DNA from: Terriglobia bacterium
GTDB lineage: Bacteria; Acidobacteriota; Terriglobia; UBA7540
Assembly (NCBI GenBank): GCA_020072905.1
Contig: JAIQGB010000060.1
Location: 1-45,964 of the forward strand
Direction of reading: 5' to 3'
Length of the DNA: 45,964 nt
The translations under genes and the position numbers were made by a program. The stretch's first letter is position 1. Each line of letters starts with the position of its first letter. The notes under the pieces were generated by a model. It made no database searches and had not been told where the DNA came from. It saw only the letters and a list, made by a program, of their open reading frames with translations. Below are positions 9,260-19,503 of this stretch, in pieces.

Positions 9260-9689
9260 AGGCCGTTGCCTGAGGATGCAGCCAGAGGGAGTAAATACGC
9301 GCTGCTCGGTGTTGTCAAGCCGCAGGATGCGAGAACTGGTGAGGCTCTTCGGTCGGGTGGGCGCGAGTCCGCCGTGTGTCCGATTTCGAACAGGGCAATC
9401 CCAAACGCGGGCAGAGGGTCGTTTCGCCGGCCACCCCAGTGGCGCTAAGCAATTGATAATACAGCCACAAATCTGGACCCGGTTGGCAGACGCATTGCGG
9501 TGTACTGCATCCCTGAGGTGGAGACCTATGGGGCAATTTTACACAATCCTTGGTACAGCCCGCCGGATGCCAGCCTGCCAACGAAGCGCTCTTGCCCGGC
9601 GAACCGGAGGGCTTGTTCCAAACCGACCGAAGGCTGACACGTCGAAACATCCAGGACGCACCGAGACAATCGTTAGAGAGGACCTCACC

Positions 9690-10832
9690 ATGGAAGCCGC
9701 TAGTTCAGAATCGCCGCGGGTCCTGATCGCCGACGACCAGCACTCCGTCAGGGAGGCCCTGCGCCTGCTGCTCAAGACGGCGGGATATCAGGCCGAGGGT
9801 GTTTCGTCTCCCCAGGCGGCACTGACCGCGCTCGAAAACGACTCTTTCGACGCCCTCCTGCTCGACCTGAATTATTCCCGGGACACGACCTCCGGGGCCG
9901 AAGGGCTGGACCTCCTCTCGCGGATTCAGGCCCTCGACCGGAATCTTCCCGTGGTCGTCATGACGGCCTGGGGCAACATGGAACTGGCCGTCCAGGCCAT
10001 GCAACGCGGCGCCGTGGACTTCATCCTCAAGCCCTGGGAAAACGCGCGCGTCCTGGCATGCCTCCAAACCCAAATCGGGCGGCGCGCGACGGCGCGAGAC
10101 CAGCGCCAGCGACTCGAAGAGGAATTCCGCGAAGCTCGGCGGGTGCAGGAACGCCTGATGATGGAGGAGATTCCGCAATTTGCCGGGCTCGAAGTTGCAG
10201 CGGTCTGGCAGCCAGCGCGCATGGTGGGTGGCGACTACTGCGACGTCCTCAAGTTCACCGAGACGACGGCGGGCATCTGCATCGCGGACGTAGCCGGAAA
10301 GGGCATTCCTGCCGCGCTGCTCATGTCGAACGTGCAGGCGGCGGTGCGTACGCTGGCCTCCCCAACCTGCGAGCCGCGCGAATTGTGCGCGCAACTGAAC
10401 CAGATCCTCTGCCAGAACACTTCCGCCGAAAAATTCGTAACCCTGTTCTACGGGTTGATCGATACGAAAGCAAAGAAGCTGGTCTATTGCAATGCCGGGC
10501 ACGTCGCGCCACGCCTGCTCCGGCCCGACGGTTCCCTGCTCCGGCTCGAAGCGGGAGGCCCGGTGCTCGGGGAGTTCATCCGCTGGCAAGCCACGCAGGG
10601 CGAGGTGGACCTCCCGAGCGGCGCCCGCCTGCTTTGCGTCACGGACGGCATTCTCGAGGCGGCGGACTCACAGGGCGACGAATTCGGCGACGCCCGGCTG
10701 GACGATCTGTTGGCGTCGAAACCCGGCCTCAGCGCCGAGGCCCTCCGCGACCGTGTAATGCGCGCTGCCGCCGAGCACTGCGGCGGCCAGTTCGACGACG
10801 ACGCGACCGTACTGGCCCTGGGCCTCCGCTGA
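9690..10832 (+). CDS. Response regulator receiver fused to a PP2C/SpoIIE-type phosphatase (RsbU-like)
   Basis: ATG 9690 preceded by GAGAGGA. The REC domain shows VLIADDQ..DLNY..VVMTAWG..KPW. The PP2C/SpoIIE domain shows GGDYCDV..IADVAGKGIPAALLM..TDGILEA. The ORF-track upstream extension (from 9252) has no homology. Confidence 0.85.
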   Translation: MEAASSESPRVLIADDQHSVREALRLLLKTAGYQAEGVSSPQAALTALENDSFDALLLDLNYSRDTTSGAEGLDLLSRIQALDRNLPVVVMTAWGNMELAVQAMQRGAVDFILKPWENARVLACLQTQIGRRATARDQRQRLEEEFREARRVQERLMMEEIPQFAGLEVAAVWQPARMVGGDYCDVLKFTETTAGICIADVAGKGIPAALLMSNVQAAVRTLASPTCEPRELCAQLNQILCQNTSAEKFVTLFYGLIDTKAKKLVYCNAGHVAPRLLRPDGSLLRLEAGGPVLGEFIRWQATQGEVDLPSGARLLCVTDGILEAADSQGDEFGDARLDDLLASKPGLSAEALRDRVMRAAAEHCGGQFDDDATVLALGLR

Positions 10833-10890
10833 CGTTTTGTTGTGACGCTGATTGTCCCTCTATCGCGGACGCGGACCGGAGGAACGAATC

Positions 10891-11048
10891 TAGCGATTGG
10901 GTGATCGGGTAATTGAGAGATTGAGTGATTTTGCGATCGTGAAATCCCGTGATCACGGGATTTGGGACAGAGAGTTCTGATTTGACCGGTCAGGGACGGA
11001 GCTATTTCAATCGCTAAATCACCTGATCGCTCAATCACTCAATCACTG
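10891..11048. repeat. MITE-like palindromic element: 5 octamer words, core, 5 octamer words in inverted orientation
   Basis: Left arm 10891-10930 is TAGCGATT GGGTGATC GGGTAATT GAGAGATT GAGTGATT. Right arm 11009-11048 is AATCGCTA AATCACCT GATCGCTC AATCACTC AATCACTG. The arms are about 27/40 complementary. A perfect 22-bp palindrome, AAATCCCGTGATCACGGGATTT, sits at 10942-10963. Confidence 0.7.
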
Positions 11049-11075
11049 CTTCAGGATGCAAAATACGGCCTGCGC

Positions 11076-13583
11076 ATGCTGGCCAAGAATCCCGGCTTCA
11101 CCACCGTGGCGGTCATCACGCTGGCCCTCGGCACCGGCGCGAACACCGCGATCTTCACCTTGCTGAACGCAGCGATGCTCAAGTCTCTGCCCGTAGCAAA
11201 TCCTGAGCAACTCTACCGCCTCGGTGACACTAACAATTGCTGCGTTATGACCGGAACTCAGGGCAGCTTTGTTCTCTACTCGTATCCGCTCTACGAGGAA
11301 CTCCGCGATCACACGCCAGAATTCAGCGAACTTGCCGCCCTCACGCCCTTCCTAACGGACCTGAGCATCCGCCGCAGCGGCGCCTCCGGACCTGCTGAAC
11401 CCTACCAAGGCGAATTTGTCTCCGCAAATTACTTCGCGATGTTTGGCATCGGTGGTTTTGCCGGACGCACCCTCACATCAGCCGACGACACGCCGGAGGC
11501 ACCACCGGTCGCGGTGATGAATTATCACACTTGGCAGCGGCATTTCGGCCTCGACCCCTCTGTCATCGGTTCTACCTTCAACATCAACGGCATCGCCTGC
11601 ACGCTGGCGGGCGTTGCGCCGCCAGGTTTCTACGGTGACACTCTGCGCAGCGACCCGCCGGATTTCTGGCTTCCACTCGGCACAGAGCCAGCCCTAAATC
11701 GACAAGACAGCCGATTGCACAGTTCAGAACTTGAATGGCTCTATCTCATCGGACGCCTGCGGCCGGGCGTCAAGGTCGTTCAGGCGCAGTCCCACCTGAC
11801 GGTCGAGCTCCAACAGGCGCTGTGGCAAGCAGGCTTGGCCAGCGCCACACCGGAACAGCGCAACGATGTCGCTTTGGTAGAAGCGGCCAGACAAGAAATC
11901 GCCCGGCAACATATCCGGCTCACACCTGCCGCGAGCGGAGTGGACCGGATGCAGACTGGGTACGCTGCAGGCTTAAGACTGCTGGTGATCCTCTCGGGCC
12001 TGGTGCTGCTGATCACCTGCGCCAATATCGCCAATTTGCTAGTGGCGCGCGGCACTGCAAGCCGCTTGCAGACAGCTATTCGGGTGGCGCTTGGCGCACC
12101 GCGAGGGCGACTCGTGCGCCAGATGCTGACCGAAAGCGTGCTGCTGGCACTGCTTGGCGGAGGGGCGGGGCTGTATCTTGCCTATGCGGGGACTCGCGCC
12201 ATCCTGCTCGTCGCTTTCCGCGGAGCACACTATGTCCCCATCAGCGCCAGCCCTTCCCCTCTGGTGCTCGCCTTCGCTTTCCTGCTCTCGCTCGTTACCG
12301 GGATTGTCTTCGGCATAGCGCCCGCGTGGATCGCGTCGCATTCCGATCCCGCCGACGCCCTGCGCGGCGCTGGCCGCTCCACCCGCGACCGCTCCTCGCT
12401 AGTGCGCCGGTCTCTGGTGGTCCTCCAAGTGGCTCTCTCGCTCGTACTCCTGGCTGCCGCGGGCTTGCTAACGAAAAGTTTGCGCAATCTCCATGAGCAG
12501 CAGTTTGGTTTCGAGACTCAAGGCCGTCTGATAGTCAAGGTCGATCCCGCCCTCTCTGGTTACACGGTCGCTCGTCGCGTGGGCCTCTACCGCAAGCTTC
12601 AGCAGAGGCTCGAACAGACCCCTGGCGTGCTCAGTGCCAGTCTCTCTGGGTACAGCCCCATGGAGGGCCAAAACTGGAATGAGGACGTTTACATCGAAGG
12701 GCGTACGCCTGCAAACAATTCCGGCCGGGATCAAAACAGCTCTTTGGACCGCGTCGGCGCACATTACTTTGAGACCATCGGAACTCGACTGCTGCGTGGC
12801 CGACTCATCGGCGACCAGGATGCCCTTGGGTCGCTCCACGAGGCCGTCATCAATCGAACCTTCGCTCAAAAGTTCTTCCCCGGCGAGGACCCGATTGGCC
12901 AACACTTCGGCATTGGGGACCCTCGTCACAGCGGGGATTATGAAATCGTGGGCATCGTCGAAGACGCGAAATATCAGAATGCGCGGGAGCCCGCGTACCC
13001 CACGGCTTTCCTCCCGCTGTTGGTAACGCCTTCAGAAGCGGCGGACATTCACGATATTGAGTTGCGCGTAGCCGGCAAGCCGGAGAATCTCGAGCGCGCC
13101 GTGCGCCGCGCTGTGTCCGACATTGACCCAAACCTGACGGTGCTTGACATGATGAGCTTCGCCGAGCAGGTCGCCCGCAATTTCAATCAGGACCGTCTGA
13201 TCGCGCGACTCACCGAGTTCTTCGGCTTGTTGGCGCTCGTCCTTGCTTGCGTCGGCCTCTACGGTCTGACCGCTTACTCCGTGGCACGCCGGACCAACGA
13301 AATCGGCATTCGCATGACGCTCGGGGCTAATCGCAGAAACATCGCTGGCCTGGTGCTGCGCGGCGTATTCAAGCAAGTGATCTTGGGTTTGGCCATCGGT
13401 ATGCCCGTGGCCCTGGTGGGCGGGCGGTTGCTTTCCAGTGAGCTCTTCGGCGTCAAAAGCCACGACCCGCTCATTCTTGGCTTGACAGCCGCTATTCTGG
13501 CCGCCTGTGGGCTTGTGGCCGGATTCATCCCCGCGCGCCGGGCGACCAAGGTCGATCCCCTGGTGGCGCTGCGCTACGAGTAG
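11076..13583 (+). CDS. ADOP-family duplicated ABC-type permease (MacB/FtsX-like, two FtsX halves)
   Basis: It has the N-terminal KNPGFT..TLALGIGANTAIF-type motif, a duplicated MacB_PCD/FtsX architecture, and a C-terminal ..ARRATKVDPLVALRYE. The start is uncertain: the conserved LLQDAKYGLR segment is encoded in-frame upstream of ATG 11076 with no canonical start codon. Confidence 0.85.
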   Translation: MLAKNPGFTTVAVITLALGTGANTAIFTLLNAAMLKSLPVANPEQLYRLGDTNNCCVMTGTQGSFVLYSYPLYEELRDHTPEFSELAALTPFLTDLSIRRSGASGPAEPYQGEFVSANYFAMFGIGGFAGRTLTSADDTPEAPPVAVMNYHTWQRHFGLDPSVIGSTFNINGIACTLAGVAPPGFYGDTLRSDPPDFWLPLGTEPALNRQDSRLHSSELEWLYLIGRLRPGVKVVQAQSHLTVELQQALWQAGLASATPEQRNDVALVEAARQEIARQHIRLTPAASGVDRMQTGYAAGLRLLVILSGLVLLITCANIANLLVARGTASRLQTAIRVALGAPRGRLVRQMLTESVLLALLGGGAGLYLAYAGTRAILLVAFRGAHYVPISASPSPLVLAFAFLLSLVTGIVFGIAPAWIASHSDPADALRGAGRSTRDRSSLVRRSLVVLQVALSLVLLAAAGLLTKSLRNLHEQQFGFETQGRLIVKVDPALSGYTVARRVGLYRKLQQRLEQTPGVLSASLSGYSPMEGQNWNEDVYIEGRTPANNSGRDQNSSLDRVGAHYFETIGTRLLRGRLIGDQDALGSLHEAVINRTFAQKFFPGEDPIGQHFGIGDPRHSGDYEIVGIVEDAKYQNAREPAYPTAFLPLLVTPSEAADIHDIELRVAGKPENLERAVRRAVSDIDPNLTVLDMMSFAEQVARNFNQDRLIARLTEFFGLLALVLACVGLYGLTAYSVARRTNEIGIRMTLGANRRNIAGLVLRGVFKQVILGLAIGMPVALVGGRLLSSELFGVKSHDPLILGLTAAILAACGLVAGFIPARRATKVDPLVALRYE

Positions 13584-13927
13584 CGGCGGATTTATCTTGC
13601 CACTCGCCTTTGGCGGCGTGAAGCCGCCTCTACGTGCCGGGCGGGCCACGAGGCGTTGTCAGGGCAGTGCCGCAATGCTAGACTGCTGCGTTATGTTTGA
13701 GTTGTGGGAAACATCGAAAAGGATCGGCACTCGGACGAGGATCGGACAAATTTGGGCATGTCATGATTATCACCGCCCCTCTGCCTTCCTTGGGCTCTCG
13801 GGCCCTCCAAAGAAAGATGCGTCGCCTGCTATCCTTTCTTTGAAACCCCGCGTCCTAGATTTTCGTAAGTATACTCAGTAACGGCAGTTCGATTCGGAAT
13901 CTAAATGTGCAGGGAGACAGACACTCC

Positions 13928-15901
13928 ATGAGCCCTAAACGTCAGCACTGGCTGCTTGCCGCTCTCACCCTGGGACTACTCCTAGTTTCGCAGACCCTCG
14001 GTGCCCAGGAGGCAAAGCCTTCCAAACCTCCGATTTTGCAGTATGGAAACACACGCTGGTTCCCCACCGTCTGGGCGCCGTATGGCACCCCTTACGTCCC
14101 CGCCTCAAATATGAGCAACTCCGAGCGCCTCCACTCGCTCCTGCAAGATGGCAAGTTATACCTCACCGTTAGCGATGCCATCGCCCTGGGGCTGGAAAAC
14201 AACTTGGATATTGCCGTATCCCGCTACAACATTGGCTATGCGCAGACGGATATCTTGCGTGCCCAGGGTGGTGGCGCGGCGCGCGGATTCGCTGGATCTT
14301 TCAGTTCGGCTGCGCTCTTTGCGGGCGCCATCGGCGGCGGTGTTACGAGCGGTGGCGGAGGAGGTACAAGCCGGGCCGGCGGCACGTCAGGCGGTGCAAG
14401 TGCCTCGCAATTCGGCGGCGGCACGTTTGACCCTTCCGTCTTCTTCTCGATGGGCTGGGACCGAAACACCTCTCCCCTCGGCACTACCGTCGTGACAGGC
14501 GTTCCCTTTGTGACTTCCCAAGGAACGAGCTACACGATGGGTTACACTCAAGCCTTTCAGACCGGGACTAGTTTCCAGGTTTTCACGGGAGGCTCGCGCG
14601 GCACGACGACCTCATTAACGCCGGTCTTCAATCCCCAGGTCAACACGTTCCTGGGGACGGGCTTTACTCAGCCCTTGCTGAATGGCTTTGGTCGCCGGGC
14701 AAACTCCATTCAGATCCGCATCGCCCAAGACGAAATGAAGTCCGGCTACTCACTTTTCCGCCAGCAGGTCATTACCACCGTCGCCCAAATTCTGAACAAC
14801 TACTGGGATTACCTGACCTTCAGGGAGAATGTCCGCGTTGCGGAGCAGGCGCTGGCCTACGCCCAGAAGCTTCTTTCTGATAACAAACGGCAAGTCGAAA
14901 TTGGCACGCTGGCGCCCATTGAAGTGGTTCGAGCGGAATCCGAAGTGGCAGGGCGGCAGCAGGACTTGATCGTGGCCCAGACCAACTTGCAGCAACAGGC
15001 CGAAATCATCAAGACAGCCCTCTCCAAGCAGGTCGGGCCGGAGTTGGCCGGTGCCCAAATCGTCGCGCAGGACAATCTTCCCGAGCCCCAATCCGATGAC
15101 GTCCCGTCGCTTGACGAGGCGTTGAAACTAGCCTTCGCCAACCGCCCGGAAATCGAACAGAGCGATTTGAAGCTCAGAGATCAGGACTACACGATCGCGG
15201 CCAGACGCAATTCACTGCTCCCCTCTCTCAACATATTTGCCAGCTACATTGCGGTGGGTTTGGCCGGCAATCAGTTGATCTGTCCGGCGGGGAGCAGTTC
15301 CTTTGGGGGACAATGCATCGTCCAGGGTGACGGATTCGTTCCCACGCTCGGCACCTCCGCCGGCGGAGTCTCTCAGGCCCTTTCCCAGACCTGGAAAGGC
15401 CAGTACCCGGATTATTCCTTCGGCCTCACCCTTTCGATCCCGATTCGCAACCGTTCCGCCCAGGCCGACGCCGCCCGCGCCCTTCTGGAACGTCGCCAGC
15501 TCGAGACGCAGTTGCAGCAATTCAAGAACAACATCGCTCAGCAGGTTCGCAGCGCGGAGATCGGGGTGATTCAGGCCAAGGCGCAAGTTGAGGCCGCCCG
15601 TAAGGCGGTGGTCCTGTACCAGCAGAGTCTGGACGCCGAGCAGAAGAAATTTCAATTGGGCGAGTCAACCGTCTTTCTGGTCATCCAGGCCCAACGCGAT
15701 TTGGCGACGGCAGAGGGCAATGAGGTAAAGGCGCGTTCCACTTACGCCAAGTCCGTCACGCAGTTCCAACAGCAGACGGCGACGATACTCCAGAAATACA
15801 ATGTGGAATTGAGCGACGCAATCTCCGGACACGTCGAACGCTCGCCGAACATTCCGGGCGCACCTTCGACGCCCCCGCCCTCGACTCCCCCGGGCAGCTA
15901 A
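13928..15901 (+). CDS. TolC-family outer membrane efflux protein with a Gly-rich insertion
   Basis: ATG 13928 with AGGGAG upstream. It has a signal peptide and two OEP repeats (LTVSDAIALGLENNLDI.., ..LDEALKLAFANRPEI..). A Gly/Ser-rich loop and a Pro-rich C-terminal tail are also present. Confidence 0.85.
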   Translation: MSPKRQHWLLAALTLGLLLVSQTLGAQEAKPSKPPILQYGNTRWFPTVWAPYGTPYVPASNMSNSERLHSLLQDGKLYLTVSDAIALGLENNLDIAVSRYNIGYAQTDILRAQGGGAARGFAGSFSSAALFAGAIGGGVTSGGGGGTSRAGGTSGGASASQFGGGTFDPSVFFSMGWDRNTSPLGTTVVTGVPFVTSQGTSYTMGYTQAFQTGTSFQVFTGGSRGTTTSLTPVFNPQVNTFLGTGFTQPLLNGFGRRANSIQIRIAQDEMKSGYSLFRQQVITTVAQILNNYWDYLTFRENVRVAEQALAYAQKLLSDNKRQVEIGTLAPIEVVRAESEVAGRQQDLIVAQTNLQQQAEIIKTALSKQVGPELAGAQIVAQDNLPEPQSDDVPSLDEALKLAFANRPEIEQSDLKLRDQDYTIAARRNSLLPSLNIFASYIAVGLAGNQLICPAGSSSFGGQCIVQGDGFVPTLGTSAGGVSQALSQTWKGQYPDYSFGLTLSIPIRNRSAQADAARALLERRQLETQLQQFKNNIAQQVRSAEIGVIQAKAQVEAARKAVVLYQQSLDAEQKKFQLGESTVFLVIQAQRDLATAEGNEVKARSTYAKSVTQFQQQTATILQKYNVELSDAISGHVERSPNIPGAPSTPPPSTPPGS

Positions 15902-15933
15902 CACCCAGGAGTCGGCGAGTTCCCAGGCCGCGC

Positions 15934-15960
15934 GCGCACAGGACTATGGCACCTGTGCGC
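15934..15960. terminator. Bidirectional hairpin between convergent TolC-like and gluconolactonase genes
   Basis: GCGCACAGG(9-nt loop)CCTGTGCGC is a perfect 9-bp stem. It overlaps the gluconolactonase stop codon and has no clear U-tract. Confidence 0.4.
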
Positions 15961-16975
15961 CTTGGCTATTTACGTATAGCGAATAGAGCGACTGGCTGGC
16001 GGCCATGAACAGCCGGTTGCGCTTGACGCCGCCGAAGCAGAGATTGGCGCAGGTCTCGGGAAGCAGAATTTTGCCAAGGAGCGCACCGTCGGGGGCGATG
16101 ACGTGCACGCCGTCGTAGCCCTCACCCGCCCAGCCGGCCGCCGACCAGATGTTGCCCTCGGTATCGCAGCGGATTCCGTCCGAACTTCCCTTGCCCATAT
16201 CGCAGAATAAACGACCGTTGGCGAGCCGCCGGCCATCAAGCACGTCAAAAACTCGGATGGGGTGAGGCTTCCCCGCCGCCGGCCCTGTATCGACGATATA
16301 AAGCTTCTTCTCGTCCGGCGAAAAGCACAACCCGTTGGGCCGCGCAAAGTCGCTCGCCACGACCGTCACCTCTCCGCTTTGTGACTCGAGGCGATAGACG
16401 TTGGGCGGCAACTCGAACTTATCGACGTGCCCCTCGTAGTTTGACAGGATTCCATACCCAGGATCCGTAAACCAGATGCTCCCGTTGGAATGCACGACGG
16501 CATCGTTGGGCGCGTTTAGCCGCTTGCCCTGGTAGTGGTCCATGAGCACGGTGACCGTGCCGTCGTATTCGGTGCGGGTCACGCGGCGCGAATCGTGCTC
16601 GCAGGTGATGAGGCGTCCCTGCTTGTCGCGCGTGTTGCCGTTCGAGTAGTTGGAGGGCTGGCGAAAGACGCTCACTTCGCCCGTCTCCTCCGCCCAGCGC
16701 AGGATGCGGTTGTTGGGAATATCGCTCCAGAGCACGTAGCGCCCGTCGCCGAACCACACCGGCCCCTCCGCCCAGCGGCAGCCCGTGTAGAGACGCTCGA
16801 TTGCCGCGTTGCCCTGTCGCAGTTTCTCAAAACGCGGGTCGATGGTTTGCACGGCGGCGTCGGGATAACGGACGACGGCGGGCTTGTCTCCACCCCTGGC
16901 TCGACTCCACGGCGCAATGGCCACGGACGCGGCCGCCGTTGCCGCGGCGCTCAAGAATGTTCGCCGTTGCATCAT
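15944..16975 (-). CDS. SMP-30/gluconolactonase/LRE-family protein with a Tat signal
   Basis: Twin-arginine leader MMQRRTFLSAAATAAA. Beta-propeller motifs include EGPVW, NDAVVHSNGSIWFTDP, PNGLCFSPDEKKLYIVDT. Confidence 0.85.
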   Translation of the reverse strand: MMQRRTFLSAAATAAASVAIAPWSRARGGDKPAVVRYPDAAVQTIDPRFEKLRQGNAAIERLYTGCRWAEGPVWFGDGRYVLWSDIPNNRILRWAEETGEVSVFRQPSNYSNGNTRDKQGRLITCEHDSRRVTRTEYDGTVTVLMDHYQGKRLNAPNDAVVHSNGSIWFTDPGYGILSNYEGHVDKFELPPNVYRLESQSGEVTVVASDFARPNGLCFSPDEKKLYIVDTGPAAGKPHPIRVFDVLDGRRLANGRLFCDMGKGSSDGIRCDTEGNIWSAAGWAGEGYDGVHVIAPDGALLGKILLPETCANLCFGGVKRNRLFMAASQSLYSLYVNSQGAQVP

Positions 16976-17188
16976 TTGATCCTCCCACTCGCCCTCTTTG
17001 GGTCGAAAAACAAGTCCCGGCTTTCGGAACGCCCACCCGGCGGGGTGATGTTACCACCGGACTACCCACTTGCCACGGAAAACATGAGCGATGCCCCCGA
17101 GAAGCTTCCGAGAGGCCCGAATTGCCCCCGCCGTTTGACATTCTCTTTGCCGGTGCAATAAGATTTCGTCTGGGCTGCTGCTCACACG

Positions 17189-18907
17189 ATGAGCAAAGGA
17201 AACAGGGCAGGCATCGATCTCGAGACGCGGAAATTGAAATCCCCGGAACGCAGGCCGTCTGAGGCTGCAATCCGCTGGGAGCGCGATACCCTTACTCCCT
17301 CACTCGAAAAGTCTCCAGAACGCCGGAATTCATTTACATCTCTCTCTGGCGCCCCTGTCGAACGCCTCTACACGCCCGCCGATCTCGCCGAATTCGATTA
17401 CGCCCGCGACCTCGCCGATCCCGGCGAGTTCCCTTTCACCCGCGGCATCCACCGCACGATGTATCGCGGCCGAACTTGGACGATGCGCCAGTTCGCTGGC
17501 TTCGGAACGCCCGAGGACACCAACCGGCGTCTCCACTATCTCCTCAAACAGGGCCAAACGGGACTGTCCATCGCCTTCGACCTGCCCACGCTGATGGGCT
17601 ACGACAGCGACCATCCGCTCGCCGAAGGAGAAGTGGGCAAGTGCGGCGTCGCAGTCTCGTCCCTCGCCGACATGGAAACGCTGCTCGCCGGCTTGCCTCT
17701 CGAGCAGGTCACGACTTCCATGACCATCAATTCGCCCGCGGCCATGATCTGGGCGATGTACCTGGTCGCCGGGCAGAAAAACGGCGCCGATTGGAAGAAG
17801 ATTTCGGGAACCACCCAAAATGACATTCTGAAGGAGTATATCGCCCAGAAGGAGTACATCTTTCCGCCCCGGCCTTCCATGCGCCTGGTCGTGGATACCA
17901 TCACCTTTGGTGCGCGCGAGGTGCCTCGCTGGAATCCCATCTCCATCAGCGGGTATCACATCCGCGAGGCGGGCTCGACAGCCGTGCAGGAACTCGCCTT
18001 CACGCTCCGCGACGGGATCGAGTACGTGGAGTGGGTGGTGCGCACGGGCATGGACGTGGACGAGTTTGCGCCGCGCCTCAGTTTTTTCTTCAACGCCCAC
18101 AACGACCTCTTCGAAGAGATCGCCAAGTATCGGGCGGCCCGCAAGATCTGGGCGCGGGTGATGCGCGAGCGTTTCGGCGCTGAGAATCCGCGCTCCTGGC
18201 TCTGCCGTTTCCACACCCAGACGGCGGGTTGCTCGCTCACCGCCCAGCAGCCGTACAACAACGTGATCCGCACCACGATTCAGGCGCTCGCGGCCGTCCT
18301 GGGCGGGACTCAGTCACTGCACACCAACTCGCTTGACGAAGCCTGGGCGCTGCCCACCGAGCAGGCCGTCACGCTGGCGCTGCGCACCCAGCAGGTACTC
18401 GCCCACGAGACCGGTCTCGTAAACACAGTGGACCCGCTTGCCGGCTCCTACTTCGTCGAGAAGCTCACGCTTGACACCGAGCGCGCGTGCTACGAATACT
18501 TCGACAAGATCGACGCGCTGGGCGGAATGGTCGCCGCCATCGAGCGCGGCTATCCCCAAAAGGAAATCCATGACGCCGCCTACGCCTATCAGCAGGCAGT
18601 CGAGCGCGGGGAGAGGATCATCGTGGGCGTGAACGAGTTTGTCTCCGAAGAGAAACATCCCATCGAGATCTTGGTCATCGACGAAAACGTAGCTCGCCGC
18701 CAACTCCAGAAACTCGCCGACTTGCGGGAGAGTCGCGACAACGCTCGGGTACAGTCAGCGCTCGCGGCGCTCGCGAGCGCGGCTGGAACCGAGCAGAATC
18801 TGATGCCTTACATCCTCGAGTCCGTGCGCGCCTACGCCACGGTTGGTGAAATGTGCGACGTGCTGCGGGGCGTGTTCGGAACGTACGAAGAGCCGGCGTT
18901 TCGTTAA
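17189..18907 (+). CDS. Methylmalonyl-CoA mutase-family large (catalytic TIM-barrel) subunit, split type
   Basis: Motifs: [66 protein letters not shown]. There is no fused B12-binding domain. Substrate specificity was not resolved by eye. Confidence 0.9.
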   Translation: MSKGNRAGIDLETRKLKSPERRPSEAAIRWERDTLTPSLEKSPERRNSFTSLSGAPVERLYTPADLAEFDYARDLADPGEFPFTRGIHRTMYRGRTWTMRQFAGFGTPEDTNRRLHYLLKQGQTGLSIAFDLPTLMGYDSDHPLAEGEVGKCGVAVSSLADMETLLAGLPLEQVTTSMTINSPAAMIWAMYLVAGQKNGADWKKISGTTQNDILKEYIAQKEYIFPPRPSMRLVVDTITFGAREVPRWNPISISGYHIREAGSTAVQELAFTLRDGIEYVEWVVRTGMDVDEFAPRLSFFFNAHNDLFEEIAKYRAARKIWARVMRERFGAENPRSWLCRFHTQTAGCSLTAQQPYNNVIRTTIQALAAVLGGTQSLHTNSLDEAWALPTEQAVTLALRTQQVLAHETGLVNTVDPLAGSYFVEKLTLDTERACYEYFDKIDALGGMVAAIERGYPQKEIHDAAYAYQQAVERGERIIVGVNEFVSEEKHPIEILVIDENVARRQLQKLADLRESRDNARVQSALAALASAAGTEQNLMPYILESVRAYATVGEMCDVLRGVFGTYEEPAFR

Positions 18908-18926
18908 GAACACGATTGATGGATCA

Positions 18927-19028
18927 GGGATGAAGAAAGGATGAAGGATGAAGTATGAAGGCTGAAACAAATCCGTAGACAGCAGACTCCGGAGCCCCTT
19001 TTCATCCTTCAGCCTTCATCCTTCATCC
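18927..19028. repeat. Heptamer-array hairpin B ((GGATGAA)n left arm, (TTCATCC)n right arm)
   Basis: Left arm 18939-18966 is GGATGAA GGATGAA GTATGAA GGCTGAA. Right arm 19001-19028 is TTCATCC TTCAGCC TTCATCC TTCATCC. The outer 15 bp are perfectly complementary and about 25/28 pair overall. The loop is 34 nt. Confidence 0.8.
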
Positions 19029-19049
19029 TGCCGCTTTTGCTTTTTGCTT

Positions 19050-19070
19050 GTCACTCGTCACTGGTCACTT
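19050..19070. repeat. Heptamer array E1 (GTCACTC GTCACTG GTCACTT)
   Basis: Period-7 words read directly, ending 8 nt upstream of the B12-subunit ATG. A reverse-complement copy lies at 22046-22066. Confidence 0.75.
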
Positions 19071-19078
19071 CCACCGCT

Positions 19079-19498
19079 ATGGCCGATCGTAGAATCCGCG
19101 TCCTAGTTGCCAAGCCCGGCCTCGACGGCCACGACCGGGGGGCGAAGATCATCGCCCGCGCCCTCCGCGACGCCGGCATGGAGGTTATCTACACGGGCCT
19201 CCGCCAAACGCCGGAGGCAATCGTTACCGCCGCCCTCCAGGAGGATGTGGACGCCATTGGCATCTCGATCCTCTCGGGCGCCCACAACACCATCGTGCCT
19301 CGCATCACGGAGCTGATGCGCGCGCAGGGGCTCGCCGGCGTGCTGCTCCTTGTGGGCGGGATCATCCCCGACGAAGACATTGCCAGCCTCAAGAAAGCGG
19401 GTGTGAACGAAGTCTTTCAGCCCGGGGCGTCGACGCAGGAGATTATCGACTACATCCGCTCGCACGTGAGGAGAGCCACAGCCACCGAAACAAAGTGA
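19079..19498 (+). CDS. Cobalamin-binding small subunit of the split mutase (MCM C-terminal domain-like)
   Basis: It contains the DxHxxG B12-binding motif in [15 protein letters not shown] Rossmann-like fold follows ([18 protein letters not shown]). I chose ATG 19079; the upstream ORF-track residues (HSSLVTST) are translated repeat. Confidence 0.9.
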   Translation: MADRRIRVLVAKPGLDGHDRGAKIIARALRDAGMEVIYTGLRQTPEAIVTAALQEDVDAIGISILSGAHNTIVPRITELMRAQGLAGVLLLVGGIIPDEDIASLKKAGVNEVFQPGASTQEIIDYIRSHVRRATATETK

Positions 19499-19503
19499 GA
19501 ATG

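Noticed and set aside
13881-13900. tRNA T-loop-like GTTCGATTC
   Set aside because: The flanking bases cannot form a T-stem or acceptor stem. No cloverleaf can be drawn.
16976-17188. Cobalamin riboswitch upstream of the B12-dependent mutase
   Set aside because: No B12-box-like GCCACTG core or the expected multi-stem layout is visible. B12-dependent mutase genes are not typical riboswitch targets.
18927-19028. CRISPR-like array
   Set aside because: The repeat units are 7 nt and directly abut one another, with no spacers of 25-40 nt. The arms are inverted rather than direct, and no cas genes are present.
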